NCBI RefSeq assembly: GCF_003704095.1
Contig: NW_020845567.1
Span: 248,001-312,000 of the forward strand
DNA: 64,000 nucleotides
Origin: Pocillopora damicornis
Taxonomy: Eukaryota
Direction: 5' to 3'
Made by a program: the position numbers and the translations under genes. Below, one piece after another: positions 1-13,200 of the stretch. The notes beneath the pieces are model-generated. The model made no database searches and was not told the origin of the DNA. It was given only the letters and a program-made list of their open reading frames with translations. Each line of letters begins with the position of its first letter. Positions within the stretch are counted from its first letter, which is position 1.

Positions 1-995
1 CCCGAAACCTGAGTCAGGTTGCNNNNNNNNNNAGTTATGTCGCCCGAAAAAAAAAGTCAAGTCGCCCAAAGAAACAAATACTAAAAACATCAGAATTCAG
101 ACTGTGAATAGGCAATAAAGTTGGGAAATTTTTATCACTAAAGCGCTCTTTGTTTCCGACAACTCGAAGATTCTAAAAGCGTTGTTCGTTCCTTTCAATA
201 AAGGGAAACGTCGTTCGTTTCTAAAAACAAATGAATTGTTGTTCGTTTGGTATGTAACCGTCTCTTACTCACGGACGGTTCGTAAGCTTGAGAAACTTTA
301 TCTTGTTTTCTAACAATACCATGACAAGTAAAGTTCTTTTGTGTCTATTTGTGACTTTCTTAACAATAACAGATGAAAAAACTTGGTAAACGAATGTCGA
401 TTGTCGCGTTCGACAAGTCAACGCCTCATTTTGTTGTTAGAAACAAACAATACTTGCCTTTGTTGTCTGAAACGAACAACGCTTTTAGAATCGTTACTCA
501 AACATATTTCATTTCCGACCATGCGATCGATTTCTGTGCGGTCAAAGTCTTCATGGTATTGTTNNNNNNNNNNAAAGAGTTTCTCAAGCTTACGAAATGT
601 CCGTTAGTAAGAAACGAGTACATACCAACGAACAACGCTTCATTTTGTTGTTAGAAACGGACAACGCTTTCCTTTGTTGCTAGAAACGAATAACGCTTCT
701 AGAATCGTTACTCAAACGTACACTAAAATTCTGATGTTTTTGGTATTTGTTTCTTTTTTTTTCGCTTTTAGAATCTTCAGGTAGTTGTCGGAAACAAAGA
801 GCGCCTTAGTGATAAAAATTTCCCAACTTTATTGTCTATTTATAGTCTGAAATTCTGATGTTTTTAGTATTGTTTCTTCGAGCGACTTGACTTTTTTTTT
901 TCGGGCGACATAACNNNNNNNNNNGGCAACCTGACTCAGGTTTCGGGTGACATGACTTCGGGCGAGATGACTCTAGGGCGAATTGACTGTAAACC
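1..995. mobile_element. Foldback/MITE-like non-autonomous DNA element with long inverted arms (left end outside the window), in an ATG7 intron
   Basis: 1-181 is the near reverse complement of about 764-947 (cccgaaacctgagtcaggttgc vs gcaacctgactcaggtttcggg). About 182-325 mirrors about 545-700. Internal short subrepeats of the type aacgcttcattttgttgttagaaacg. No transposase ORF. Confidence 0.8.
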
Positions 996-1422
996 GGTTA
1001 GTCATGATCCATTGGTGAAGTTATGTCGTTTGTCACGTCAATATGTCGTGAATGAGTAATACGCATGGAGCCAGAGGTTGTTGACATCCGATAAGAAGAG
1101 TCTCTTCTCAGTTAGCCAGTTAACCAGCTTTCTGAGGTCATCCGATCAAAGCAGTTCGTGATAGAAGTATTTTCAGAAAAATGACCGTTCGCGTCATTTT
1201 TTCAAATCGCTCGTTTGTGTTTAGTCAGTCTTGTATTTGAGATCTCCGCCTGTCTCTCCGCCGCTGGATGAGGGAAGCCCAGCATTCAAAGCTCACTATA
1301 TTGTATCCTGTTCCTAATATGCTTATGGTCCGTCCTTTCATGCATGGGTAAGGTGTCCGATATTTTTCAGCTTGTTAACACAATGTTTATCTATGATAGC
1401 ACATTACAGTTAGGTAGCATAC

Positions 1423-4400
1423 CAATAGACATCTTGCCACATTACAACCAAGGGTACCAGCGCCAAGGAGAAGACATTTTGTTTGTGCAATTTTGTCCAG
1501 ATCAAGTGATGGTAGCAATCTCCATCGCATTAGCTTTAAGTTCAGATCCACTGATGATGATGCAAGCCTAGAATTCAATGCAAATCCAGACGAACAATGA
1601 TTTACCTCTCTCCCAAGCTCTAGGTAGAAAACAGTGTGTGTAGAGCTTTGCAGAAAAGGCCCTTAAAACCATAAAGACTTACGAAGCAAGTTCTATATTT
1701 TAAGCCTTTAAAAAAACTATTAAAAATAAACTATAGCGAGTTAAATACATATATAGAAAGAATGCAGTGTTAGCACTCAAAAGTGATCACCTCTCAGGGT
1801 CCATAGTAGAACTCAGATCCACCATCCTTGGTACTAGCTTTTGACTTTTATTCTTTTCCCAGCCAACACACTTGGGACTCTCTGAGAAAAACAAAATTCA
1901 GTAGAACTCACTGGAGAGAAATTGTAACTGTTACTTTTGTTTTCTTGAAAGAGAGCTTAATATTATTTTGAAATCGGGTGAAAAACAAAAACTCTTCTAA
2001 ACCACCAGTGCAAAGAGAAAGAGATCTTAGAATACTTTGTTTATGAAAGAGGAAAACAATAGAAATCTTAGTCTCTCCTAAAGATATAAACCCAAGAGAA
2101 TCTTTCAACATCCTCCATAAATTTATGATTTTGAAAGCTTAAGAAACTAAGACCATAAACCGGTTACAAGCTTTTCTTGTTCATGCTTACACTGTATTAC
2201 TGAATAACAATGAATCATTACCAGTTTTAGTAAACACAGGTAGTTTGATATTTAACACCAAACTGTGGGATGTTTCTCTTTTTCCAGATCTGACTTGATC
2301 TCTCAAGCATAAAACCTTCACATTTTCAAGTGCAGTACCCCTGTAATTGAAGATAGAAACATATTTAAGAGTAATAGTACAATAAATGATAGAACTCTTG
2401 CAACTAATTGATGTGCAAGATGGCCATCAGTACTAACAGGAAAAATTTAATCATAATGGTAAGATGCACAAAAATATGTGCAAAAGGATGTAACAATGAC
2501 AGGAATATCATCTTAACTTAAGGTACCAGTAACCATAGTAAATTTAACCACAAAAACAAATTGAGGTCACAAAAGTAATGGTTTAAAGTTTGACTCCTAA
2601 TGTGGACTAAGATCTTGTTGTCTCATGATCAAGGCAAAAAACATCTTTTTTATTTCATTAGCAAGCCTGTAATTTACCATAGTTTTTATTCCATCTACTC
2701 ACATGACATTTTCAACATTGCTGATCCTAGCAGAGTGCAAGACAGAAGAAAATTTCTTTGTAATCAATGAGTTCTGCTCATCAACATTTTCCACATGTAC
2801 TTACCAGTGGTATGACAGTAGAGCAAGAAAGTTCCTAAGAGGCCAGCCTGGATTTTTTGGCAGTGTGCATGGATCGGCAAATCCCACCATGAACTGTACA
2901 TTCAACAATAACAATAACTCATCACTTTCTAAAAAATTAAATCTTAGCTCCTTCATAGGTATTAATCTATTTGAGATAGCACAAATCTTGCTATGATCAA
3001 TTTAGATTAATTTCACACAGAGTCAAACTTATTCTCCTGATTTAGTTTATTCTTGGAAGATCATTCTAAATATTACCATAAACAAAGCACCCTAATTTTT
3101 TCTCCCCTTCACCAAATATATCTGCTAGTTTTTTCCTTCCAAATATGTGGGTTTTAGTGAAAAGACAATGAAAGGCATCACAAACATGACAAATAGCAGA
3201 GAAATGCAATAGCATGTGTGTAGCCACATACATACTGTAGTTCAATAGCCTAGGGAGAAGTCTCTTTCATTTCCTCTTAGCCAAGTGGGAGAAGATGGGC
3301 TTACTCTGCAGTTGGACAAAGGCATGGTGCTAGTAATAGCAAAAATAAATTATTCCATTTTGTCCCAAGCCTTTGTCACCACTTTCTTCCAATGGCTAAT
3401 GGTTTGGTTTTGCATTTTACTGTACATGACATACATCAAGATTATTTTGTTTTGATTAAGGAGTGTAACATAAATCTGTTGTAACTCTGTGTGACAGATC
3501 TAAGCATCTGCCTCACCTTTGAATCATCCATGCTAAAAAATGTCTCCCATTCTCTTATATTTCCCACAGTCACCTCACTTTCAGTAACCTTGACAAGAAA
3601 GAATCCAGGTCCTGTTGGCAACAAATCAATTTTCTTGGAATTTTTTACTTTAACTTAAAATCTGTTTTAGGGGGAAAGCTCTACCAGAAAAAAAAAAAAC
3701 TGCGCAGTTCTGTCACATTAATTTAAATTAAATGGTTCAAATATTCTTTGACAGTGTTAAAAAAAATAAAAGATGCTGACAAGCATTATGCATCTCACAT
3801 TAAGGTGTTAGAAAAAAAGGGGAAGGATGGTAAAATAGGCCCGGGTCGCACAAGGGAAATTTTGATCAATAATCCATCAAAAAGGATTTATGTCTGCATT
3901 TCCTTATGCGACCGGTGTATTACAAATATCTAAAATTTTGGAAAGTCTGCAGAAACTTCAATGACATTAAGTGTATGGATGGAGCAGGCAGATTTTGAAA
4001 AAATCGAAAAAAAAGAAGACACTGCTTCCAAAGCTGTCAATGCCAGTCATTTGAGCTAGATATGACCTGCAGTTAAACTATTTAATTGGCAGGAATTTTG
4101 ATATTCACCCACCAACTTTCAGCATGGATGGATGTTTTCCTTTATATTATCCTTTATTTTATGCACTGGGATCATTCTCAAGCCAAAATTTTTGTCGTTT
4201 CAACCCTACATTGGCTGGACCAATCTTAGATCAAGCAGGACCCAGCAGAATTTTGCTTAATTGGTCCGATAGTCCAGCAAGTGTGGTGAGAGTGATGGCC
4301 CAACCAGCTCCAGGTCAGCTGAGGGTTTGGCAGAAAAAGAAAAAAAACAATACAACAAATGACCGCAAGAGGAGCACAGGGTTCAAGTAATGAATATCAA

Positions 4401-7400
4401 ACCATAATTCAGCTGGGTGAGGAATGGTCCTTGTGTAAGGCACAACACAAATTTTACGTAAATGCCAGTCTTCTTAGAAAAGCGACATTCAGGATTTGCA
4501 TGNNNNNNNNNNCCCATCTCTGATACAGGATGAAAAAGGCAAACATTTGCTGCTGTTGTATGTCAATAATTTGCAGAGGTAGAATGGCAAAAGCAAAGCA
4601 AAATACCTGATTTGGGTTCAAGTTTATTACCGCACAATATGCACCAGAAATGAAATCTGATCAACTGTGTTGATTTTGACCTGTTTATGTATTTTGGTAG
4701 TGTGACCCAAATATTGTGTCACATTTTTCAGCTCTTCTGGTTGTGCTTTCAACTTTTCGAAAATTTTTAGGCTGCCTAATTTTTGGTTTGGGCTGTAGTG
4801 TGACCTGGGCCATAATCAATAATAAGTCACTGTTGAAACATAATCCTTTGATTATGACAATCTGTAAAAAAAAGTGCTGATTGTTAATTGTCAAAATAAA
4901 AGATGCTGACAAGCATAATGCATCTCACATCAAGGTATCTCAATGACTGTGGTAGTTAAAGAAGGATAATTGAGTTCTTTCATTTTTACACCATGGTAAC
5001 TATGAACATAGTTACTGTTAGGCCATCAATTTGTCTGTTGTTATTAAGCATGTGGTTTCCTTTCAGCACTCTGGCTAGTGCTTTTGAAATCAATAATTAA
5101 CTAGTGATTTAACCTTTTATCCCCTAAGAGTGACTGGCATTTAATTTCTCTTTACAATATCACCTCGAATCACACATTAATGTCATGAGAACAAAGGAAA
5201 TGATCACCAACTAAAGAAAACTCTTGATTGTAAACAAATTCTCCTTGTCAGCACCTNNNNNNNNNNACAGAGAACAGTATGGAGAATATGAATACTGATG
5301 TTAAGGTGTAAAGGGTATGTCATGCAATATTGGAAGGAGATGGCAAAGGGCTCTCATCACTTTATTGAAAAATTAAGAAATTTGTGAGGTAACTCTAAGG
5401 AGCCTTTGATTTATGTTTGTGGGTTCCTAATGGGGATTTAGTGTTAAATTGAACTACAGAAAACTCATAGCTTGATTCTGATAATCATAATTACTCACCA
5501 AGACCACCCACAGAGAGAGAATCATACGATGCTTGTAGACTAGCAATCTATAGAGTTAAAACAACAAATAAATTTAATAAAAATAAACATATTAAGCATT
5601 TAATAATAAAATCCTTAACCCACAATCAAGTCAAATGTCATTTAACAACCAAAAAAACAAGCAAACTGAACATTTGTTCTCACCTGGGAGGGTGTAAAGT
5701 AGTCACCGAGATGAACAGGAGGAGCCACATGAGTAGCACTGGTCTCAGGACATAAAGCAGGGAATGCAAACCAGTAATAAAACTTATATTTCTTTAGATC
5801 CTGTTGAAAAACACATGAAGAATGATTACATCATTAACCACAACAGTCAGCACTATTTCTCACTTATTTTGGAGGAAAGTTGCTCAGTTGGACAAGTTTC
5901 TGAAACAACTACTTGTACATGTTGTTCTTGCTGCAACATTTCTGGAGTTATTTAATTTTTCTTGATTTCAAATAATTTTTCAAACCAAGTTGATTTTATA
6001 TTCCTTTGTCTTCTATTCATTAATAACAACACAAAACAAAGGAAAATAAAAATCAATGAATATATTTTAAGCCAAGAAAATTTTTAACCACAACATCTAC
6101 AAGTTAATGACACACTCTGTTACTAAACACTCAGAGTTATCTGAGAGGAAACCAATAATTATTACTAGTTCTCTTCTGTATATAGTGTCACTGATATAAA
6201 TATCAATAGTTTGTTCAGTTTAATTATCTGTTCCTTTGCATGGACTTACACCAGAATTTACTTAATATCAACTGATGCATTCTTGTAAGACAAATGAAAT
6301 TAATATTATGATCACTGTTAACATTATTCATTTACTATATCCCACTTATAGATACAAGAACCAGAAAACATAAAAAAGGAACTTACAGCAAATGTCATAA
6401 GCACAAACTGACAAAGCACTGATGGGTCCTCCAAAGCCTTGCTTGATTTTACATTATCCCATATCTTCAATACAAAGTTTAAGACTTATTTAAACAACTA
6501 ATGATTCATTTCAAGTCATGCTTCTTTTCTAGTTATATTTTAGTCACTTTGTAACTGACTAAAGGGCATGTGAAAAACATATAATGGAATGTTCCATCAT
6601 ATGTTTTGGCTTTTTTCATAAATCATTGGCAATCATAGAACTGGTTGGTAAAAAAGTTTTCAATACTCCATCTGTAAGGATTGTTGTGGACTCTGAAAAT
6701 TGTAAGCAGAACTGGTCACATTTAAGGCATTCTGAACATGTTATTTCTATGAGCCTGCAGATGTAATGTATGGAGATGATGTTCTAAATCAGTCAATTAA
6801 CATAATAAAGTTGCACAACTCTCCCAAGGGAATTATTTAGTCAGAGTTTTCTGCAAATAAAACTATGGTTAATGGTAGTAAGAACATTAGAATTCAAAGC
6901 CTACCATTTTCCACAAATAACTATCACAGTTAATTTACCTTTTGTCCAAATGACTGGATCAGCTCCATTTTATTGTATGTTCTGAATGCCTCAATAGTGT
7001 TTGTATTGATCAATGTTCCTTGCATAGGATATGTTCTTTGAGGTGCTGGCTTCTCACTGGAAAATCAAGTTTACACTGAACTTTGAATGCCTTCCCTCAG
7101 ATCTAAATCAACAATGGCATGAAACCACTTAATAAAGTCAACCTTTCCTCTTTTTAACTTATTAAGATCCTCTCTACTATCCAGCTATTAGTTATCAGTA
7201 ACAAAATAAAATTTATATAATTATTAAACATGGTCCACAGTTACTATTTTATATTAGTTTTCAAGCCGAAAATGAAAATAAAATCATTCTTTTCAGTCAG
7301 ACAGATACCCCTGGTGCTGAATCATGCCAATTCTCTAATATCTCTAATCTAAATGGTTAAAACAAAAGCCATGAAAAGATGCCAGGTCCATACAGATTGC

Positions 7401-9049
7401 AGAAAAAAAAATAATGGAAAAGGTCATTTGGAAAAAGGACAACACTGAGCCACACATAAGTGGGGCAGGGATTTTATGCACTTACATAGAAAAGGCATTA
7501 TAATCCAAATTAAAGCAGCATACAAGCCCTGAAGGATCACCTAAGGAAAAGAAAATGAAACCCTGCAGACTAAATACACATAAGGGTTGCAGAATATTTT
7601 TATCATTTGAATTACCTGCTAACAATAAAAAAAAAAGCATGACAAAATTACTCATTTCCATAAAAAACAGTAAGTCACCCCTTGAATTAGTGGTATTGTG
7701 TATTTAGCTTAATTTTCTTTCAATGGCCTACATAGGTTCATCTGGATAGTCGAGGTATAGGGATCAGACGTATATCAGGCCCTAATCCTAAGAGAGAGGA
7801 TAATTAATCATCTATCCCCTTAAGGCAAAGCAGATTTAAGAAACTTACTATGCCCTTAAAATTACCACTTTGTACCTATCCACCTATTATCATTATTATT
7901 TTATTTATCATTTTATTTCATTTTTTTCCAGGCGGAGGGGGGGTAGATGATGCAGCTAACATGTGCATTATTATTGGTCAATATAGCCCACCATTTTTCA
8001 TAATTTTGTTTCAATTGAAAACTTTCCCCCTATTTGAACTTCATGCTTGAGCCGCAATAAATCTGAGTGGAAAAAGTTGGTCCTTAACTGGCAGTACAGA
8101 CCTCAAACTTGGTTAGTAAGAGGTATGTATGTTTTTAATTATCTGTATATAGTGTTTTGGTCTTTTTATCCGGGGAATCTTTTGTATAGGGTTAACCTCT
8201 AGAATATCTCCTTTCGAGAGATACTTTTACAATTTTTCATTTTCCTTCTCTGGAATAAAGTGTTGTCATCGTCATTACTTTAAACTCTCTCTAGACAGTT
8301 GTACTGTGGCCTGTTTCAAGCCACACTACCTTGGTCCACAAAATTCTCCCTTTATCCCCATGTACTACCCTAATTTACCCTTAATATAACCCCTGCATTG
8401 TGGCAATGTTGCTCGCAGCCAGAACACAGAATACATCAAGCTTCTTCTAGAGTCACTCTCAGGCTTGGCATTTGTTTCAGAAAACCAGATTACTTATATT
8501 TAACGCTCTGACGAAGGGCTAACGCTCGAAACGTCAGCTTTTTTACCTTTTACGATGGCCAATTTACGTTTTCAACTCAGTTATTAACACTAAATTACCT
8601 ACTTAAAACTTACATTGAACCCGATTAACAATTTTTACTTGAAATTAAGCTTAATTAAATACAAAAGAAAATTAGCCTTAGTTTAAAGGAGTAGCTATAA
8701 TTGGTACCTATCTAATCTTTTGAAGAAAAACCACGAAAAATTACTTCGGAATTAAGTCCGATTTCCTGTTGGATTGGTTGGTAGCTAGCGTAAGTTATAA
8801 ACAATGAGTCTTAATTTCAAAATTCACAGAGAAATGCGTTTGTTCAATTTTACCAAAATTATGCTTGATCACTCATTCCCTAATTGAACCATACTCACTG
8901 TTTACGTAATATCCCTGTAGCGGTTGAGGCTTGTCGTCTAACTGATACATTTCCAGTTTGTTCTGCGTAAGTCTATGCCAAAATGCAGCATCAACAGCAC
9001 TAGAATATGGTGCAAACTGCACTCCACTTTCGGTACTGACAGACGCCAT
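1423..9049 (-). CDS. ATG7: Ubiquitin-like modifier-activating enzyme ATG7 (5' part; remaining exons lie left of the window)
   Basis: Coding exons in order: 9049-8899, 7540-7486, 7056-6939, 6464-6387, 5800-5684, 5547-5499, 3611-3517, 2893-2805, 2340-2222, 1881-1791, 1567-1423. All GT-AG and phase-consistent. Peptides: [100 protein letters not shown] and [18 protein letters not shown] (GxGxxG of the E1 adenylation domain). Confidence 0.97.
3763..4936. repeat. About 1.1 kb intronic segment bounded by a 44-bp direct repeat, with an internal short inverted repeat pair (possible old DNA-element insertion)
   Basis: aaaataaaagatgctgacaagcat(t/a)atgcatctcacat(t/c)aaggt at 3763-3806 and 4893-4936. ggcccgggtcgcac (about 3838-3851) is inversely repeated as gtgtgacctgggcc (about 4798-4811). 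Confidence 0.55.
5110..5317. mobile_element. Degenerate short TTAA/CCCTT-type (piggyBac-like) MITE copy
   Basis: Begins ttaaccttttatcccctaagagtgac and ends gttaaggtgtaaagggt. Resembles the better-preserved copy at 30306-30516. Confidence 0.55.
8503..8600 (+). mobile_element. Penelope-like element terminal fragment carrying a minimal type I hammerhead ribozyme (8505-8538)
   Basis: gct-CTGACGA-a-gggc/taac/gctc-GAAA-c-GTC-agc gives the hammerhead core, stem II, the GUC triplet and a short stem I (gct/agc). The same family recurs in both orientations at 49426-49665. Confidence 0.7.
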
Positions 9050-10234
9050 GTTACTTAAACAGATAGCTTTCATGTAACAATCTTGAATTTTACCCTGTAA
9101 GAAAAAAATGTCGCCTATTCGTGATATTACATTGCATGCAATCTTCACATTGCATGAATTTCAAGGGGGAAAATTCATGAACGTATTTGTTACAATTCAG
9201 TTTCAATCTTTTGTCTAACACCGAAGAAGTCACTGATAGCACTAAAAATAGTTCTTCCTGCATTTTTTCCACTTTGAGTGCTCTCTAGAAAAGTAAACCC
9301 AGAAATACATCGAGTATGAGAATTTCCTGAGATTTATTTTTTACACTCTCAGTTATGACAGAAAATATTGGGGCATTATTTTCTCTTGGTTATGTATAAG
9401 ATATTTTGAGTCTGAATCATGGAGAAGAGAGATATGATAGGTCAAAAATGTTTAGGTTTTCCTTTTGGCGCCCTCCACTGCCTCTATGAATGAACTGCAC
9501 GGCCGAAACTGATGAGCGCTACCAACAAAACCGTTCTGTCCTAACAACATTAGCTTACAAAATATGTCAAGGCTGTCTGTAGGCCAAGACAAGAACAAGC
9601 GATTTTATATTAGGATTTGAACTAATCGTTTGCTAATTTTCTTTGAATCTCGATGCCATCGATCATTTCTAGACCCGAAATTTTCAATATCATCGAAGAC
9701 GACGAAAGTCTGAGAAACGTATCAAACAAAAAGGGAGATTTAAACGAGTATTGCAATGTATTTGAATAGGGTGTCCTCCTTCTACAATTGAAATTTGCGT
9801 CAATTTCATTTTAGAATTGATCTAAACTAATTGACATGGAAGTCAGTGATTACCAAATACCCATTTCCGCTTCATGCTTTCAGTTCACTTTCTAACCATT
9901 TGATTTGTCAGTTACTATTCTGGCGAGTCTGGCGACGATGTCACGCACCTCTAGCCAATCACGGTGATCGAACGACATAGTTTGGTCACGGGGTTTGCAT
10001 CATGACTAATTCCTTTCATTCCTAAACACAAATCAAATGTTTGTTTCTATTTATTAAATGGTACTGCCTGGAATGATCTGTTAGGAAGGCATTTAATCAA
10101 GGCTCCCTCTAATTGAGGGATATATAATTATGGTGAGTTCTTTATATCGTAGGGATGTGAATTTCTCATTGAGCCTCCGATCGTTTGAGCTCATTGTTTA
10201 TCCCTAGCTATCTTTGACTCTTCACGTTCAGGTA
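9050..10234. promoter_or_regulatory. Probable bidirectional promoter and 5'UTR region shared by ATG7 and VGLL4
   Basis: Divergent start codons lie about 1.2 kb apart (9049 minus, 10235 plus). CCAAT box agccaatcac at about 9953-9962. Candidate VGLL4 5'UTR intron 10133-10231 (gtgagt...ttcag). Candidate ATG7 5'UTR acceptor at 9095-9097. Confidence 0.5.
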
Positions 10235-13200
10235 ATGGAGACTCCGCTAGATGTACTGTCAAGAGCCGCTTCTTTAGTGCAGCCAGACACAAGGGAAAGT
10301 AAGTTTGATAAGTATCGATTCTGTCTCACATCTTTTTAGGTTTAAAGGCGCGTATTTATGTTTTTACAGCTTACTATTTCAGGTTTATTCTTAGTGTTTA
10401 CGTGAAGGTATTTGCCACATGCGAAGAACATGTGTGTACAGATATTTGAGTTCAAGTTCTCTCCGATATTACTGCACCTAACAAGCAAAATTTTCTTCCT
10501 TTTACTTCAGCTTTCAACGATAACATGATTTTTATGTGAAACGCTTAGCAGTATATTTATAGCATATAGTTTTGTTATGCATGGTATGAACAATTTCTCG
10601 TTATACCAATAAACAAAAAAATCCAAATTCGACACCGTCATATTGTTATTAGACGGTCCTAAGAAGAAGGAAGAATAATACAACATGATGTTCTTCTTTA
10701 AACTCTACACGGCGTAGCTCGTACTGATTTTTGTGGGCTACCTGTTTTCACCAAGAACCATTAAGTTACAGAACTGTTATGAAAGAGTGGGCACGTTGCT
10801 TGCATCACTAACATTCCGTGCAAATTTTTGGGCTATTAAATAAAGTAAGACAATTCTTTGGTTGCTAAACGATTATTACGTTACGGCGTCGTGCCACTTG
10901 TCTGTCAGTGGTTAACTTTTGAAGAAAAATTTTTTTTAAGATTCTGTTTTCTACAATTTATCTATAATGGTGAGAGGATTCACTGTGGACATGAAGAAAG
11001 GTTTAAAGATTGTCCCGCTTGTTACTACAAACCGATGCATGCTGGAAACTGAACGCGAATGTGCTTGTAATGAAAATATTTCGATTGATTATTTTCAAAC
11101 CTTAATTCTAGAAACGGAGACGGATGCAGGCGAGGAATCACCCAAGGTGATGCCTTCAGCTGAAAACCGGAGGAAACGAAATCTTGAAAGACGAGACATT
11201 TCTCAAGCGTTGAATTTTGATGACGGTCGTCTTGAGAAACTTTCGTCAGTGAAGACAGCAGGAACACAAACGTAAGTATTGCCTCCGTTTTGTGTAATTT
11301 ATGCCTTCTGATGGTGTCAGCTGTGGGGTCTAGTACTTGCCTTGGTATACTTTGTCGTCACTTTTTACAACGCTGCCATTTTAGTCTTAGATTCAGAAAT
11401 TGTTATATTTACTCGGAATGTTTTCATTTTGTTTTTAATGTGCTGCACGCATTGTGTTATCACAATTTTCACGGAAATGTGTAAAAATGTAATTTTACAT
11501 TTAGTCGTTAAGAAGAAAAGCAAACCGAATCTATAGCACAGTGCTACCGTTACTGGTTTTGTCATGTGAGTTTTTCACATTTCTTAGTTGAAATTGGTAG
11601 AAACTTGAAGGATCACTTCCATTCTAATAGGAACAGAATATTTTCTGTGTCGGAATGTTGTAAAATAAATTATATGGTTATAGTTCTTGCATCGTTCTTG
11701 TAAGTTAACTTTGAGGAGTGATTCGGAATTCCTTTTAGAAAAGCTATTGTAACATAGATTTAAGGACCATAAAAGTTAGCTCTCAAAACTCATGATATAG
11801 GAAAGAAGTTATATTAAATAACAGACTCCTAATGAACAGCTGTATTTGAGTCTGCCATATGTCAAAAGCCAATCAAGCACCATTGCAAACTGTGTATCTA
11901 CACATTCTCATCAGTGGACTTTCCCATAAGTGGTCATGGGACATCTACTGGGGTTACCTTAGACTTTTCCTTTCTTATTTGTCCCCCCTCTAGCACCATC
12001 AGTTCCCTTGTTTAATTGACTGAAATGGTTGCCTTTTTATAAAGACATTTTAATATCTGAATGTATCATTGCTTATAAGGAATTACAAGGTGATGTCCCT
12101 GTTTATCTTATCAATCTACTTAAATTATACAGCAACATCTACAGTAGACAAACCAGATACTGTAATTTTAACCTAACCTCTCCGAGATATAATCGCGAAA
12201 CAGAAGGAGGCAGAACTTTAACCGTCACAACTTGGAAAGCATGGAACAGTTTATCTTTGCTTGTAGGGCAAAGAGATTCAGTGGACTCTTTAAAAAAAGC
12301 ATTGTGGANNNNNNNNNNTAAACAACAGCAGAATCTTGATCATTTTTCTATTTAAGTCACCTGATGAATTGTGACATGATTATAAGGTTATATTTTATCT
12401 TTTAAATAGTTTNNNNNNNNNNATAGTATCTGTATTCTTTGGTTTTTTTACCTTGTATTTTTAATAGCTTAGTATACTCATTTTTTATTTTATAATTTAT
12501 TCATTTATTATTTAGAGGGCCACAAGGTTATTAGCTCCAGCTAGTTTGTGCTAACCTTCATAACATAAAGTCTTTACTTACTTACTTACTGGTGTGAGCT
12601 GACAAGTAAAAGATGTCTGAATTATGTAGACTGCATCCCTGTATTTTGTTGCAGTTAGATGGGAAACTTGAATAATGTGAAGGTTTTAGATGGATCAAAC
12701 ACTTCTTCATTTTGTGCTTACTGCCATCCATAGTAATAGTAAAGCCTTTATACAGGCCCAGGTGGCCAATGGGGCCAGCTCTTAACTCCAGTTTCCTTAG
12801 CATGAAGTGGCTAGGAGTATTGCAACTTCCCCCTGGATGGGATGTTAGTCCATCACAAGGTTACCCCCAGCATATTTGCTGGTACCCATTTGTACACCTG
12901 GGTGAAGAGAAGCACTGTGAGAGTAAAGTGTCTTGCCTAAGAACACAACACAATGACCCTGGCCAGGGCTCAAAACCAGATCACTTGATCTGGAGTCAAG
13001 CGCACCAACCATGAGGCCACTGTGCCTCCTACTGCCATCCATAATCTGATCTAAATATTGTGGATTGGGTTTACAAGCTTAAGCATACTTGAAAGTCTAT
13101 AGAGTACCATACCCTGGTTTGTGAGGATAATTCAGCAAAACACTGGTAACCCTAAGCCCAAGATCATTGTAGCAAGCATTTCAATCAATCTAAAATTTGC

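Noticed and set aside
373-654. Short ORFs in the first kilobase
   Set aside because: They lie inside the palindromic element, cross an N patch and show no recognisable protein motif.
12582-13042. Overlapping 65-100 aa ORFs on both strands
   Set aside because: They are translations of the SINE bounded by a TSD.
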